Positions 11,010 through 23,312 of a DNA stretch of 64,000 nt are shown here, one piece after another. This DNA is from Camelus ferus (taxonomy: Eukaryota): NCBI RefSeq assembly GCF_009834535.1, contig NC_045697.1, positions 98,272,001-98,336,000 of the forward strand, given 5' to 3'. Both the position numbers and the translations under genes were made by a program. Below the pieces are notes generated by a model. The model was given only the letters and a program-made list of their open reading frames with translations, ran no database searches and was not told where the DNA came from. Positions within the stretch are counted from its first letter, which is position 1. Each line of letters starts with the position of its first letter.

Positions 11010-11200
11010 AAACGAACATTTATGGAGTACCTACAGTTAGCTAAGTCCTTGAATTACTTATCTCATTCAGTCCTCACAAAATCCTTTAAGGTGCCCATTG
11101 GACAGAAAAAAGAATAGGGAACAAGCCAATAATGGTTAATAGCCCAAGGCCACAGATAGTAAAAGCTGCGGATAGAAACCCAGTTCTTTCCTCTCCCTCA
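11010..11200 (-). mobile_element. MIR SINE
   Basis: 'aacatttatggagtacctac...atctcattcagtcctcacaa...gcccaaggccaca'. Confidence 0.6.
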
Positions 11201-11964
11201 GCTTTATGCCCCTACAACACCTGGAGATTTTTCTCATCAAATCAAGTAAAAGGAGTATCCGGATAAACTTTTCAGAATATGAGAAGCAACCTTCTCTTTT
11301 CAACACAAGAAAACAAATTGTGGATGAAAAAATCTGAAATTCCTTTGGTTGTAATCATGTGTTCGTTGGAGCAGTATTTACCCAAGAATCTCAAGAATTC
11401 TGTAGTCATGAATCGACAGCAATCATTAAGGAAGATCCCTGATGACGGCCTTTGCCTCAGATTCTGCCGCCCTTGCCAAGTAAAACCTTTTGTTTGTCAT
11501 TTGAGAACACCACCATTTGTTGCCGGTTCTCTGGAGGGTGCAAGAGTTAAAGAGGTGGATGTGTTCTCTCAATGGACTTCACTCAGCAAAGACTGAACAC
11601 CTAAAAAGACAACAAGAACTTGTGACTTGTGAGAGTTTCTAACTGATGAGAAGTCTGCTGACATCCACACAGGCTCTGAAATGGAGGAAATGGTACAGTC
11701 TCTGTCGCAGGTTCACGTGCGATTTTAAGCACTTATGATGAGGAAGATTTTCTGTCAAATAAGATACGCACCCAAGAGAGACAAAAATCTATTAGACTCT
11801 CTGGTTGCTTAAAAAAAAATCCTACTTAGCATCACTTTAAGATAAGTTATTACTGAAAAGAGTAACAACTCCTTAGAAGTCATAGTGTCCATGTAAGTGT
11901 ACTCTTGGGGTCATTTCAGAAAAGTTTTGTAATAAATCACAAGAGGCTAATATTGTGTGTGTAT

Positions 11965-12510
11965 TTCCTTACAAAGGAAAGGAAAGATTGTCCCTCTACT
12001 CTCCTATGCTCAATAACCGAGTCTATGAACTCAAATGACAATAGGCAGATTAACAGGAGAAAATTCATCAATTTCTAATATTACTTGCATGTGAACATCA
12101 CAGAAAAAAAATGAATATTCAAGGAAGTAGTGAGATTTGAGAGCTTATATTCTGACTTAACAGGGAAAGCAGGGAGTGGAGATGGAAACCACTTATGGGG
12201 AAAGTAAATCATTTTTAGGAAAGATGAATGAGCCCTTGGAAGAATAGATGGGAGGAATGATAGTTCGTGACAAACTTTGTCAGTTTGTAACAAAGAAGTC
12301 AAAGTGGCAGGGACGTCTAGTCTCCTCTCCTGTGGTAAGAGTCAATCTTCTCTGGTTGATGAAATTCCCAGGGAAGGGATTTATGACAATTAAGTTCCTT
12401 TGGGAGGGTCTGTCCTCAGGCAGATAAGAGGAGTTCACAGGAAGCCTCTCCCTGCATCTGTTTTTCAGGTGCCTTCAGCTCAAAATAATCCTTATGCCAA
12501 AGATGTTAGC
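11965..12510 (-). mobile_element. MER34-family ERV1 LTR
   Basis: 'tgacaataggcagattaacaggagaaaa...ggcagataag...gccttcagctcaaaataatccttatgccaaag' matches antisense MER34-type LTR as recalled. Confidence 0.75.
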
Positions 12511-12699
12511 CCCCTTTACTCAAATATTTATTTTGCTGGATTGTACAATGTCAAGTTGATTTAAGATACAAATTCTGCGTCCCAAAAATAGCCTTCTCTG
12601 TACAGTTCTAGGTTAGAGTTAACCAAAATAAAGGAACTAGTACAAAAATCTGGAATGCGGAAGTAAAAGAGTAAACACAGTCAGATACGGTATGGTCAG

Positions 12700-13073
12700 A
12701 GACAAGGTGCCCCAAAGTCCTGGTGTACCCTCCCTCTCCTCCACTCTGCATCATGACTGCTGGCCTTGATGCCCAAGAGTGGCCCCCCAGCCAACAACCA
12801 GATGCAGCACTGGGACCCCTAGGGGCAACAGCTTCCCAAAGGCCTCTCCATGAACTCCCCCAATGCAAGAGCCTGGTGGGGAAGCACTGGTTTGTCCACC
12901 TACGCCAGGGCTCCGGGCAGACTGAGGGCTCTTCTTTAATCTGACTCGCACTTCTGGACCTTCTCCTCTCCAGCTCTTCCCATAGTCCCATAAGGACTTA
13001 CTCCTGTCATTTATTCTTTATTTTACAATACATAGAGTGACTCTGCTTCTCCAAATGAATTCTGACTGATACA
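12700..13073 (+). mobile_element. ERVL-class LTR (LTR16/LTR33/LTR41-like)
   Basis: Ends in 'ctctgcttctccaaatgaattctgactgataca', a typical ERVL LTR terminus. The 5' boundary is approximate. Confidence 0.5.
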
Positions 13074-13894
13074 GTTAGACATACCACATATAAACACACA
13101 TATACCCCACATGTTATATATTTTATAATTATTTTTTAAATTCCTTATGTACAGCATAGTTCTCATATATTAGTTTCTGAGTCAGTTGCTGTATTTTCAA
13201 CACCTTAACAAAATTGGATGTAACAAAAAATCTGCTCAGTATTGGTCAAGTTCAAAATTAGTAGCAAGCTAATTTCTAGATCTACCCAATGGAAGTCAAT
13301 GCTCAGAATTCCTTGAAAATTATACCAAACATCAAAGAGCTGTTAAGTTTAATTTCCAAGTGCAGAACTAAGCAGAATATGCTTATTAAAAGTAATATTC
13401 AGAGATAATAGGTTCCAGACCTGATCAACTGTATTGTTTTTCTGCAATATCATGTCAACTCTTAATCTTCTCTTTAAAAGAAGGAAATTTCAAGCATATA
13501 ATTGTGAAGTGACACCCCACCACAACCCCATTTCTGTGTTATGTATCTATGGTTGTTATGTTGCATTCTGATATCTGTATCCTTTGGAAATAGGCTAGAA
13601 CACTCATAGGGAGAGAAAGTATGCCCAGGGATGGAAAATTGTCGAGGAAACTAAGCCAGATGGCTCATGGAGGCTGGACAATGAACAAGCCTGGTCCTTC
13701 TTCTCCTGGGCCTGGATTTTGAGGGCAGTGGATATCCATGCAGTTGAGGATAAGTAAGGCAGCTTCCACCACCTGGAAGAAGGCCAGGAGCTAAGAAAGG
13801 TCTGTCTAATAGAAGACAGGATGGAGCAAGCCATGTATTATAATTAAGATTATCCAGTTTATATCACCCCATTTTGATGAGCCCTGGAGGAGTA

Positions 13895-13995
13895 CCAGGA
13901 AGGGAGGGACTGTGTCTGTTTTGCTCACCAATAAATCTCTAACCCTAGCACAATGCCTGGCACCAATAAATGTTTGCTAAATAATGAGTGAATAA
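13895..13995 (+). mobile_element. L2 3' end
   Basis: 'agggactgtgtctgttttgctcacc...cctagcacaatgcctggcac...aataaatgtttgctaaataatgagtgaat'. Confidence 0.75.
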
Positions 13996-14283
13996 CTATT
14001 TTCTCATGGCATCACTAGTCTTACTTAAACAGGACAGCCCTGTCTAGCTGTGTTATGGAAACAAAGAAATGGTCTAGAGAATTAACAGGGAGCAGTTATC
14101 TGCTGCCCACGCCCCAGTCCTGAGCCAGTGAGGGCAGGCACCACAGCCATCATGAGCAAGTACTCCAAAAAAAGACGAATCCATGAAGAAAAGAAGGGGA
14201 TCCTATAGCCCAATCATTTCCTCCCATCACAACATTCTCCTTCTATGCTCAATTTCAAAAAGAAAAAATTCTAATTTTTCTTT

Positions 14284-14665
14284 TGTGAAAGGGAAATCAA
14301 AATGGAGTTGGTATTGCTCAGAGAGCTCTCTAAAATGGAGCAAGGAGGCCACTGAGGAAGTGTGACTTGTGCAGGTCTCAGCCTGAATGGAATCTGACCT
14401 TTTGACCACTTAGTGTCATACTCGAGCTACTTATCTGACACTTACCCTAAAATAACTTGTGATTTCTTAAAGACAAATATTTCCCAACTTGTGTCAGAGT
14501 CAATCACATTTCTCAGCAGGCAACTTTAACAACCTGTGACTTTTGTCTTTACAAGTCCTGCTCTTGTGGTTTTACCCAAATCTATGCCTCCTAAATTGCA
14601 ATCCTTAAGACCCCAAATAAAGCTCTCTGTTCTTTGCAGCCTCAATACTGATTACTGTTTGACTC
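14284..14665 (+). mobile_element. ERV1-class solo LTR
   Basis: Starts with TG and has 'aaaatggagt' near the 5' end; 'taaattgcaatcc...ccccaaataaa' lies near the 3' end. Confidence 0.6.
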
Positions 14666-14954
14666 TACTAGAATAGAAAAGTCATTCATTAAGAATTGAT
14701 TATAACAGGGTATTGAAAGATTACCTGTGTTTTGCTTTTATCTGCTGATTAATCAGAACTAAGTGAAATGTATCCCTTCTTCCCCCAGAAAAATATTCAA
14801 TCATTTAATTTTTATTTCTAATAATTGGGTTTTCCCTGACCTCAGGGGAAAGGAGAATGCCTTTTCAGTGTGAGGGTTGAAAGGAGATATAAGGGGGCTC
14901 TTTACCTTTGCAGAAAATCCCTTAAGTAGGCATTTTGGTTTCCAAAGTCTGCTC

Positions 14955-15836
14955 AAGAGTTCTCAAACTGGTAACCCAAAGACATGTTTTGTTTTGTTCT
15001 CTTTGTTGGATATGCATTCAGTGTTTTGAAATTTGTGAATTACCTGAAGTGAAGAGAAACAAACAGGATTATCCAACGGAGCTCAAGTTCTTAGCAAAGA
15101 GCTAACCAGCATCTGGTGAGCCCAACTTTACATGGGACCAGCGCTTCCTTCTCTCAGAAGGGCAAATCCAACTTCTACGGCTTTTAAAGGTAACAGCTAG
15201 CATTTCCAAATAACTCCCTGCATAGCTGGTCTTTACTACATACTGCTTGGTGCCTACACTCGAAACTCTATTCCCTGCTCCCAGATAGTTTTTCACACTT
15301 GCATGATTAGAAGTAAAGTAGCAGGTGTGTACAGTTCTTCCAAAGGAAGTTGCACATCCAGAAGCTTCACCTGACTCAGCCAGTTCCACTATGGGGTGTT
15401 GAAAGGACAGGGCACTACGTGCCTCCTCTCCTTGACCCTCAGCTCTGTAAATCCTACCCCCAATTTTTTTATTTCTTTATCTTCCCCATGTGAGACTGTA
15501 GTATTTGTCTTCATACTATGCCATAGCTCCCCACTGTCAGAATTTAAAAATTGAGAGGTTTTACATGAAAATCTGAATTACCAGTGTCTTAAAATAACCT
15601 ACATTCCCAAATGGCAGCAAACAGCTAAAGCAGAGAAGCTAGTGCCCCACTATTTCTTGAATTGGAGCTTCAGCTGTCATTTAGCATCATGCTTGCCCTG
15701 TGATTTGCCTGACTTTAGAGTAAAAAGAATGTGAAACATTTCTTGGACTAAGAGCTCCACCTTATACTTTTACCCCCTCAGTATTCGTCTGATACCCGTC
15801 TGGTCCCTATAGGGATGTGAGTGTTATGATGCTGAT
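14955..15836 (+). mobile_element. hAT-Charlie non-autonomous element (MER102-like)
   Basis: 'gttctcaaactgg...catgttttgtttt', 'atttaaaaattgagaggttttacatgaaaatctgaatt...cattcccaaatggcagcaa', and the terminal 'ggtccctatagggatgtgagtg'. Confidence 0.55.
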
Positions 15837-16244
15837 CTAAGTCCACAAGAGATTTACCCAGGTTGTCAAAAGAGGGAAATGAAGGAGACCCTGTGTTTCA
15901 AGTGTGGGTGAAGGGACCACCATGAGGAGTGGGAAATGGAAGAAGGCTCATGGTTTCCAAGAGGAGGACCTGTGAACTGAAAAGGAACACTCAGCAGACA
16001 TTGAAGCTGAGTTGCCCTGAGCAGCAATTCCAGAGAGGCAATGAAGGACCAGCCTTCCACAGGGCATTATGTGCAGCCAGCAGGGATGGCCAGAAGACAT
16101 CTTGTGAGGACAGCAGAAGTTGCTCTATATGTAACCCAAAATAAAGGTTGACTAATAACTAATAATATTGGGTTCCCCACCCACAGTGGTGAGGCTTAAG
16201 TGATATTTAATCATGACTTAGATGAATACAGATTCACATAACCT

Positions 16245-16683
16245 GTATTTTTGTGCCAGATATCTCCCATTTGCCCCTCCAAAGCCACTCTACTCTCTCC
16301 TCCACTTGGTCTCTGCTCCCAGGCAGCTGACTTGTGGCTGACATCAAAATCCTCTGCTTTCCAGTTGAGCTCAGTGAATGGGAAGCCCAGGTGGTTCTGT
16401 GAAGAAGAATAGAGACTCCCTCCCTGCAAGGTCAATTCAAGCTGGGTATACCCCTGTAAAGTTACTGCTCTTCCCCAGGAGGCTAAAGCTACACCACTCC
16501 CTCTAAGTTCTGCATGCCCGAGGGTGGTAACATTTCCACTTCTGTCATGCCAAGTTACTATACCATTCCCTGTGGTTCCCCTATTCCATGCCTTTTAAAA
16601 TAGAGCCTTTGAGAATAAACTCTCATTGAATTAACCTCTTTCAAGTATGTCTTCTGTTTCCTGCTGTGACTCTGACTGATACA
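16245..16683 (+). mobile_element. LTR33-like ERVL LTR
   Basis: 'ccatttgcccctccaaagccactct...ctctgctcccaggcagctgac...agggtggtaac...aataaactctc...tgtttcctgctgtgactctgactgataca'. Confidence 0.75.
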
Positions 16684-18099
16684 ACCCCAATGTAACAGAA
16701 CAGTTCACATCTGTCACACTAAGAAAAGCAACATTACAGTAATAGGAGTCACAGTGATGGGATCAGAACCCAACTATTGAATAGGATTGCTCCCAGATCC
16801 AGGACAAAAATACTTTCACCTAAGATCATAGAGCTTTATCAGCATACACTTGCTCACTATGGAAAAAAAATTCCACAAGATGTATTGGAATCAATGTTGC
16901 CCCCATTATATTTAAATTAAGCATCTGAAACATAGAACTCTATTCAATAAAAGCCCAAAGTTGTAACTGCCAACCCAGGGAGAAAAATAAGAGAGAGAAA
17001 CAGAAAAGGAGATATTTTAAAGAGAAAGAAAAAACTCACAGAACTACAAAGAAGAGGTACAAAGAATATGACAGATAGAATCTGGGCCTTCTAATAGGAG
17101 GGGACCAGAGATTCCCTGGATGTGACTAGTGAAAGGCTTCTAGTAGTCACATGCTGAAGGTGAAACGTGGGCTTAGAGGCACAGTATACAGTACACAGAC
17201 CTCCTAGTCCACCAGATCCTGCACTTTGTAACCTTTGAGGAGGTCATGCTGTATATGGGGTATAAGGCAGGGTCCAGACAGGGTCTCCAATACACACCTG
17301 GAAGAAGGAAGCAAGAGAAGGGGTGTCTCCCCATTTATGACCTGAAACATTTGCAAGGGGTCCAGGAACTTTCCGGACTTTATGCTCAAAGAGCGTGTCT
17401 ATGGCATAAGAACAGACAAACTCAGTCTTCCATCTGGATATCTGAATCCCTTTCCTCCCATGCAGTGCCTCCAAGCTGTGGCTCCACAGTGTCTTTGTTT
17501 TGTCACAGAGAGGGCAGCGGAGGAAGTCTTTTAAGGCCAGGTCAGCTATCATGGTGCAAATTGTTCATAAATAGTATGGGGCCACTGTGGAAGTTAAAAC
17601 TATAATTGTATGAGGAGCTTGCTTTATGTGAAGGTTTGAGAAATAACTGGTGTAGGATGGAGTCACATGGAGGTCAACAGCCTGGTTGCCCTGCAAGTAG
17701 AAAGCAGAGCATCTGAGTTACTGCACTAGCATACAGTGTGGGCATTTTTCATGACTGCTGGCCAGGAGCTGATGTACAGGGATAATACGTGGGCTTGGAA
17801 CTGCAGCATCTCCTATAGGACCTCCCAAAATCTAGACAGGCTTTGCAGCCACTATTCAGAAATGAGATTCTCAGAGGGATTTACGGAGTCAGTTCTCCTC
17901 TCTGGCCCAGCGATAAGGCTCCAAACTTCACACCAAATTTACTACATTTTTCCAGAATATAAATGTGTGCCACTGAGTATGGATCACAGACATCACATTT
18001 GTGCTTGGGTTAAATGGTAAAAGAACTCAACTTTTATGTGTGTAAGAGCCTCTTGGAATGAGCTCAAGGGCTAGAATTGGCTCAGGCATTGATCCATAA

Positions 18100-18377
18100 C
18101 TTGGAGAAGTGTTTATCCATCAGTGGTTGAGGACTGTCCTGAGAAATGCTAACTCTCCAGCATCCCCACTTCAGGACTCCCTTCTGTGTCCCATGCTGTG
18201 TCACTGAAGAAGCCCTAAGGCCAAAAGCAGAAGTCATGCAAGGCACACTTGGGGCATGATATCATCAGCACAATATTAGTCAAAACCTGCACAGATCACA
18301 ACTAGTCCCTCTAGCTGTAGTTGAAATCAGAAGTGAGTCCAAAAGGATGTGAGGCAAAGTATAAGGGGTGTCTGGCA
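18100..18377 (-). mobile_element. ERVL LTR fragment (LTR16/LTR41-like)
   Basis: The end 'aaggatgtgaggcaaagtataaggggtgtctggca' resembles the antisense 5' end of this LTR group. Weak. Confidence 0.35.
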
Positions 18378-18862
18378 TGTAAGGTATCTCGGGAAACTGA
18401 ATTCATAATTGAAAGTGTGCTTAATGAACATGGAATTAGAGCAGAAAGACTCAAACACTCTTGTGGTATATTTGGTCCTAGCTGCAAAAGACTTCAAAGA
18501 ATTAGATTTGCTTCCACCTAACATACATCTTTCTAAAAACCAGGATATTTTTGTCCATAAAATATAGTTTTTCCTTGATTGATTGCTAGAGAATCACATT
18601 TTGACTTTTTTGACTCTGCTTTTTTTTATATCCTTGTTCTTTGCATTGTAACTTAGTTTTTAAATAGATGATGCCATCAAAAGTCAAAAAGTCTGAAAGC
18701 GACTGTTTTAGAAAACTGGATAGTAGTATCTCCTAAACTGAACATCCATATACCCTGTGACCAACAATTTCTCCTACAGATACTTTCCCAGCAGGAACAT
18801 ACACAGATGTTACCAAAAGACACCCATGAGAATGCCCATCACAGCACTAGTCAGGAGAGCTC

Positions 18863-19553
18863 TGTCAAATGTTGGCTCCCCCACAGTATATCCACACAAT
18901 CTGTTAATAATTCAGAGCTGAGTTTATTGCTTACCACAGTAAAGGAGAGCATTATCTAGCCAGTATTAGCAGGAGGAGGGATCTTACCAGGAGGAGGGGA
19001 TATTTATGATGTTTAGGTTTGGTTTAAGATGGGTCTTTCAATATGGGAAGCTTGATTGGGATTTTGTTAAGTATCCAGATATATAACCATTGACACAGGA
19101 AGGTAAGTATTTTAAGGTGAGACTTCCCAAGTGTCTTGGAAAGTGTTTGGTGCTATTTATTGAAAGGTTGAACAGTCTGACTTTTGTTCAAATAGAATTC
19201 TTGGTAAGGTCTTTAAACAATAAAGTTATTTGTTAACTGGTACCTTCTTGGTCAAATGTTTCCTAAAATGGTAAAATTATATTAAAACAGGCAGTAAATT
19301 TTAGGAAGGTTAGGTGTAGCAGTCAGCCAACTACAGCCTGTTTGCCTAATTCAGCCCTCTATCTGTTTTTGTAAATAAAGATGTACTGAAACACAGCCCC
19401 ATCTGTTTATTTATGTATTGACATGACTGCTTTCCTACAACAACAGCAGAATTGACAGCTTGAAACTAAAACTGAAAGGCCTACAAAGCCAAACATATTT
19501 ATTATCTATCTCTTTACAGAAAAATGTTTACCAACTCCAGGTTTAGTTTCTCA
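18863..19553 (-). mobile_element. ERV1-class solo LTR containing a MER58A
   Basis: TG...CA ends with a perfect 4-bp TSD GCTC (18859-18862 / 19554-19557); 'gagtttattgcttac' lies near the left end. Confidence 0.7.
19316..19540 (+). mobile_element. MER58A (hAT-Charlie)
   Basis: 'ctgtttttgtaaataaag...aacacagcc...ggcctacaaagcc...ctttacagaaaaa'. Diverged 8-bp TSD ggttaggt / gtttagtt. Confidence 0.85.
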
Positions 19554-19765
19554 GCTCAAAACAAGACACAATCTAAGTGTCCATGAACAATAGAGTTAAT
19601 AAATAAATTGTGGCATATTCACACAATGCAAATGAATTTACAAAAACTGCACTCAATGAAACAAACAAATGTAATAAACACAAGACTGAGCGAAAGGAGC
19701 CAGAATTTTACGTGTGAGTCTCTTTACACAATGTTCAAAACCAGACAAAATTCATGTGTGATGTA

Positions 19766-20242
19766 TTGGAAAAAATAGTGAAAGACTTCAAAATGGGCAA
19801 AAAAAAAAAGTTACTCGGTATCTTTGCAATGAAATAACGGGCATAGCCCCAGGTACCCTGCCTGCTGCGTTATCTGATTCCACAGGGGCCGATTCCTTTC
19901 CTTGTCTTTGAGCTACTTTATAGCTCTACAAGTTTTTGCAGAAAATGGATAGTAATGCAAATTATTCTTGTCTATACACAATTGAATTTTGTCAGGTGAA
20001 GAGGAATTGACTACTGCCCTGTGGATATTGCCTAATTTTGCATCTATTAGCTAATTCATTTCAACGGTCCAAATTGTTCATACATGTGTCTATTCTCTGG
20101 ATTCTCTTTGAACTGTTTTTTGATATTTTACCAGTGTCCTCATTAATTAATGAGTTAAACAATAATTGTTGACCCATACACATTTTATATTCGAATGAGA
20201 ATCATGATTTCACTTTTTTTACAGATTAATTTTTAACCAGAG
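19766..20242. mobile_element. Unassigned insertion of about 480 bp flanked by TA, candidate non-autonomous Tc1/mariner-type element
   Basis: It interrupts the L1ME between 'gatgTA' and 'TAagaagc'. Partial inverted ends aaaaaatagtgaaa (19770-19783) / tttcacttttttt (20208-20220). Confidence 0.4.
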
Positions 20243-20499
20243 TAAGAAGCCATGATAATAGGAACAGGTAATGACTGGAGGGCACCTGGGGCAAATGAGA
20301 TTCTTGGCAGCAGGGGGGCTGCTGAGATGGTGTTATGTTCTCTTTCTAGATACGGTGCACAGATGAGCCCTTTGAGTGGCAGAACAGAGCTCTTTGTAAT
20401 TTTCTGAATGTATGTTGCACTTCAATGAAAAGCTTATTTTAAATGTAAAAATAAATAAATAAATAAATGTTAACCCAAAAGGATGCATTGAAATCTCTC

Positions 20500-20860
20500 T
20501 CCCAAGCTAACCACCTCCCACCTCACATTAGCCACTGTTATTATGGGGTTTTTTTTTTTAATGTCTCATTCTAGATGGGTTTTTTTTTTAAGCATATACA
20601 AGTAAATAAAGATACAGAGTCTTATTCTACCACCACATTTTTGCACAAAAGATACGATGTACGCACTGTCCTATGCCTTTCATTTTTCATTTAAGAATGA
20701 ACCTTAGAGATCAGCTCTTATCAGTACATGGAGTGCCTCCATTCTTTATTACAGCTCCATGTATTTCATTAAATGAATATGCCACACTGTACATCGCCAG
20801 CCCTCTCTACTGATGGGCCTTTGGGTTGTGTCTAATCTTTGGCTTCATAGAAATATATCA
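20500..20860 (-). mobile_element. L1ME-like fragment
   Basis: 'ccttttcatttttcatttaagaat...tatcagtacatggagtgcctccattcttt...actgatgggcctttgggttgt'. Confidence 0.65.
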
Positions 20861-22544
20861 AGCTCTTAGATAATAATAAGAAAAAGACAGGAAGGCAGAA
20901 AGGAAAGAAGTATGGAAATATGAGTGGGAAAGGTTGTCCGTGGCATAAAGGCTGTGAGCACTCACTGAAGTGGAAGTGTCTAAGATGGGGGTGGGTGGCT
21001 GGGACACCACAGATCAACTATTTTCTTTAGAATTTTGCCCTCCACCAGCCTTGACATTTTTCTTTAAAAGGTTACTTATTTTAACAAAGGTAAGTCAACA
21101 AACATTGCCTTTTCTCTGGTAGGATGGTAGGCATACGCTGAACACACAAAGGGCTCTGTAACAATGATTCAATTACCGGGGTCTCCCTGAACTATGGAAA
21201 AGACAAGAAGAGCTGATTCCAAACACCTGGTGTTTTATTTCCAGGAAGAAAATAAAATGCCTACAGTCTGTATCTTACCACTTTTCCTAGAGCAAAAAGA
21301 ATCAGGTTTCTAGGTAGGCCACCAGAGGCTGGGACTCCCAGAGCCACTGCCCAGCAAATGACAAGCCCAATTTGTAATTCTCCTTTTATTTTCTATCCCT
21401 CCTGGACTGAAGTGCCCAGCTGCCTCTTCCTCACCAAAATTTATTGTATCAAGGAAGCTCCATGTTTTTCTACCTCTAGAGAAGCCCAGTATGAACTGGA
21501 AAAGACAAAACAATTGTTCTCATTTGCACAACTGCCGGGAAAGAAAACGAGATTACTGGTATCAAGGGAAAATTTAAATTTTTCCCCAGGCAAGAAGAAT
21601 TGACTTCCTGTGCTCTACGATGAAGGAAGCAGAGAATTTACTGCTCGACCTAGCTGAAAGAAAATAAGGAACCTCATAAACCTAGGCAATTTAAACACAC
21701 CCTCCACAAACGCACCCAGCAATTCTCTGCGCTGTGATTTATGCAAATGTGTTAATTCATAATTAAAAGGTATTTGGGATCATTTTAATGGCCTTTTCTT
21801 CCTTTTAGACTGCCTCAGTGGCAGACCTCTGTCACATCAATTTTGGGTGTTAATATATCAGTTCCAATGATTTTATTGTCTTAAAAATAACTTGGCTGCT
21901 GCAGAGGCTGCCTTGGGGAGCTGAGTCTCCAAGGAGGGAGCTATCTAACAGCCAGTCCATTCTGATCTCCCTGTTATTGACATGCAGAAAAAGAAACATT
22001 CACTTTTAATAATAGGGCTCTCTTTCATGCAAAGATAGTAGAGGGTTTCTGAGAATAAATAATTCATGCTCCTCCAAGCTCCCTGAGAATAAATTTGTTC
22101 CTTTTCTGTTTTGTTTTTCTTCAAGATATGACATCTTAGGAAGAAGGAGCTAGGGAAAGAAAGCACTTTCTGCTTCTGTGGATATAACACACTGAGTATT
22201 TCATTCCCTAGTGCAACAAAACCTCAAGATCAACAGACAAGAGCTGAAAACCTTTTCCCACCAGACAGACACAGTGCCATCTAAATGTTCTCTCAAAAGA
22301 TAGCATCTCATAAACAGCCTCAACAAAGGGATGTCAGTTTTCCCTTTACTGTGCGTGCACAACATCACTTAAAAAAAAGACCATGACCAAATCCAGCATG
22401 AAATTAATTACATTTGGTTGATCACATGACTAGCTGATTATAACTCCCACTGTATTTTGAAATAGTCCTATATTCTTTGCATATTTGATTTCATTTTTCA
22501 TGTAAAGAGAAAAACAGATTGTAGCTTTCCAATATACTGTCTAT

Positions 22545-22690
22545 TGATGGTTCTTAAATTTCAGTGTCTGTCAAAATCATCAAAGAAATTTGTCTCAGTA
22601 TAGATTCCTAAGCATTGCTCCTCAGAGTTCCTACTCATTTGTCTGGTGAGAGGTCCAAGTAATTCTGATTTTCCTATACCTTGCAATTCT
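22545..22690. mobile_element. MER5A-like hAT element
   Basis: 'tggttcttaaatttcagtgt...aaatcatc...agattcct...ctcagagttcc...gtctggtgagaggtccaag'. Confidence 0.55.
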
Positions 22691-22716
22691 AATGAAATAT
22701 AATATGACTTAATATC

Positions 22717-23312
22717 TGCTTTAGGCAATGTTTGTGTCCCCCCAGATTCATATGTTGAAGGCTGAATGTGGTGGTATTTGGAGGCAGGGCCTTTGGGAGG
22801 TAATTAGGTCATGAGAGTATATTCTCCATGATGGGACCACTACCCTTATAAGAGGAAGTGAACTAGCTCTCTTCCTCTCTTCCACGTGAAGATACAAACC
22901 AGGAAGAGGACTGGGAATTCAGGACTTGCAGATACATACTGCAGCATATAAAATAGATAAACAACAAGGTCCAACTGTCCAGCACAAGGAACTATACTCA
23001 GTACTTTGTAAGAGCCTATAATGAAAAATATTTTCAGTGAAAATAACTGAATCACTATGCTATACCCCAGAAACTAACCCAATATTGTAAATCGACTATA
23101 CTTCAATTGAAAAAAAAAAAAAAACTGACTGTATTAACAATGAAGAAAAAATAAAACAAAACAGGAAGAAGGCCTTCACCAAGAACCCAACCTAACCTTA
23201 GACTTCCAGATTCCAGAACTCCAGAACTCTCGGACTCCAGAGAAGTAAATGCTTGCCATTTAAGTGACTCAATCTATGGTGTTCTGTTATAGCAGCTCAA
23301 ATTGACTAATAC
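22717..23312 (+). mobile_element. MLT1A-like LTR interrupted by a young L1
   Basis: 'aatgtttgtgtccccccagattcatatgttgaag...gggcctttgggaggtaattaggtcatgag...tatggtgttctgttatagcagctcaaattgactaa'. Confidence 0.88.
22910..23155 (+). mobile_element. Artiodactyl/camelid L1 3' end with extra sequence after the poly(A)
   Basis: 'aaatagataaacaacaaggtcc...gtaaatcgactatacttcaattg' plus A15. TSD acaaaccaggaagagg (22894-22909) / acaaaacaggaagaagg (23156-23172). Confidence 0.88.

Larger units (their letters stand above)
18710..20468 (+). mobile_element. L1ME-like 3' end split by nested insertions
   Basis: Segments 18710-18858 ('ctaaactgaacatccatataccctgtgacc'), 19558-19765 ('aatgttcaaaaccagacaaaatt') and 20243-20468 ('gtatgttgcacttcaatgaaaa' plus A-rich tail) are colinear with an L1ME 3' UTR. 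Confidence 0.7.

Noticed and set aside
17200..18050. Possible ERV internal (gag/pol/env) or non-retroviral endogenous viral sequence
   Set aside because: I found no RT, integrase, gag, env or viral nucleoprotein motif in any frame; left unassigned.
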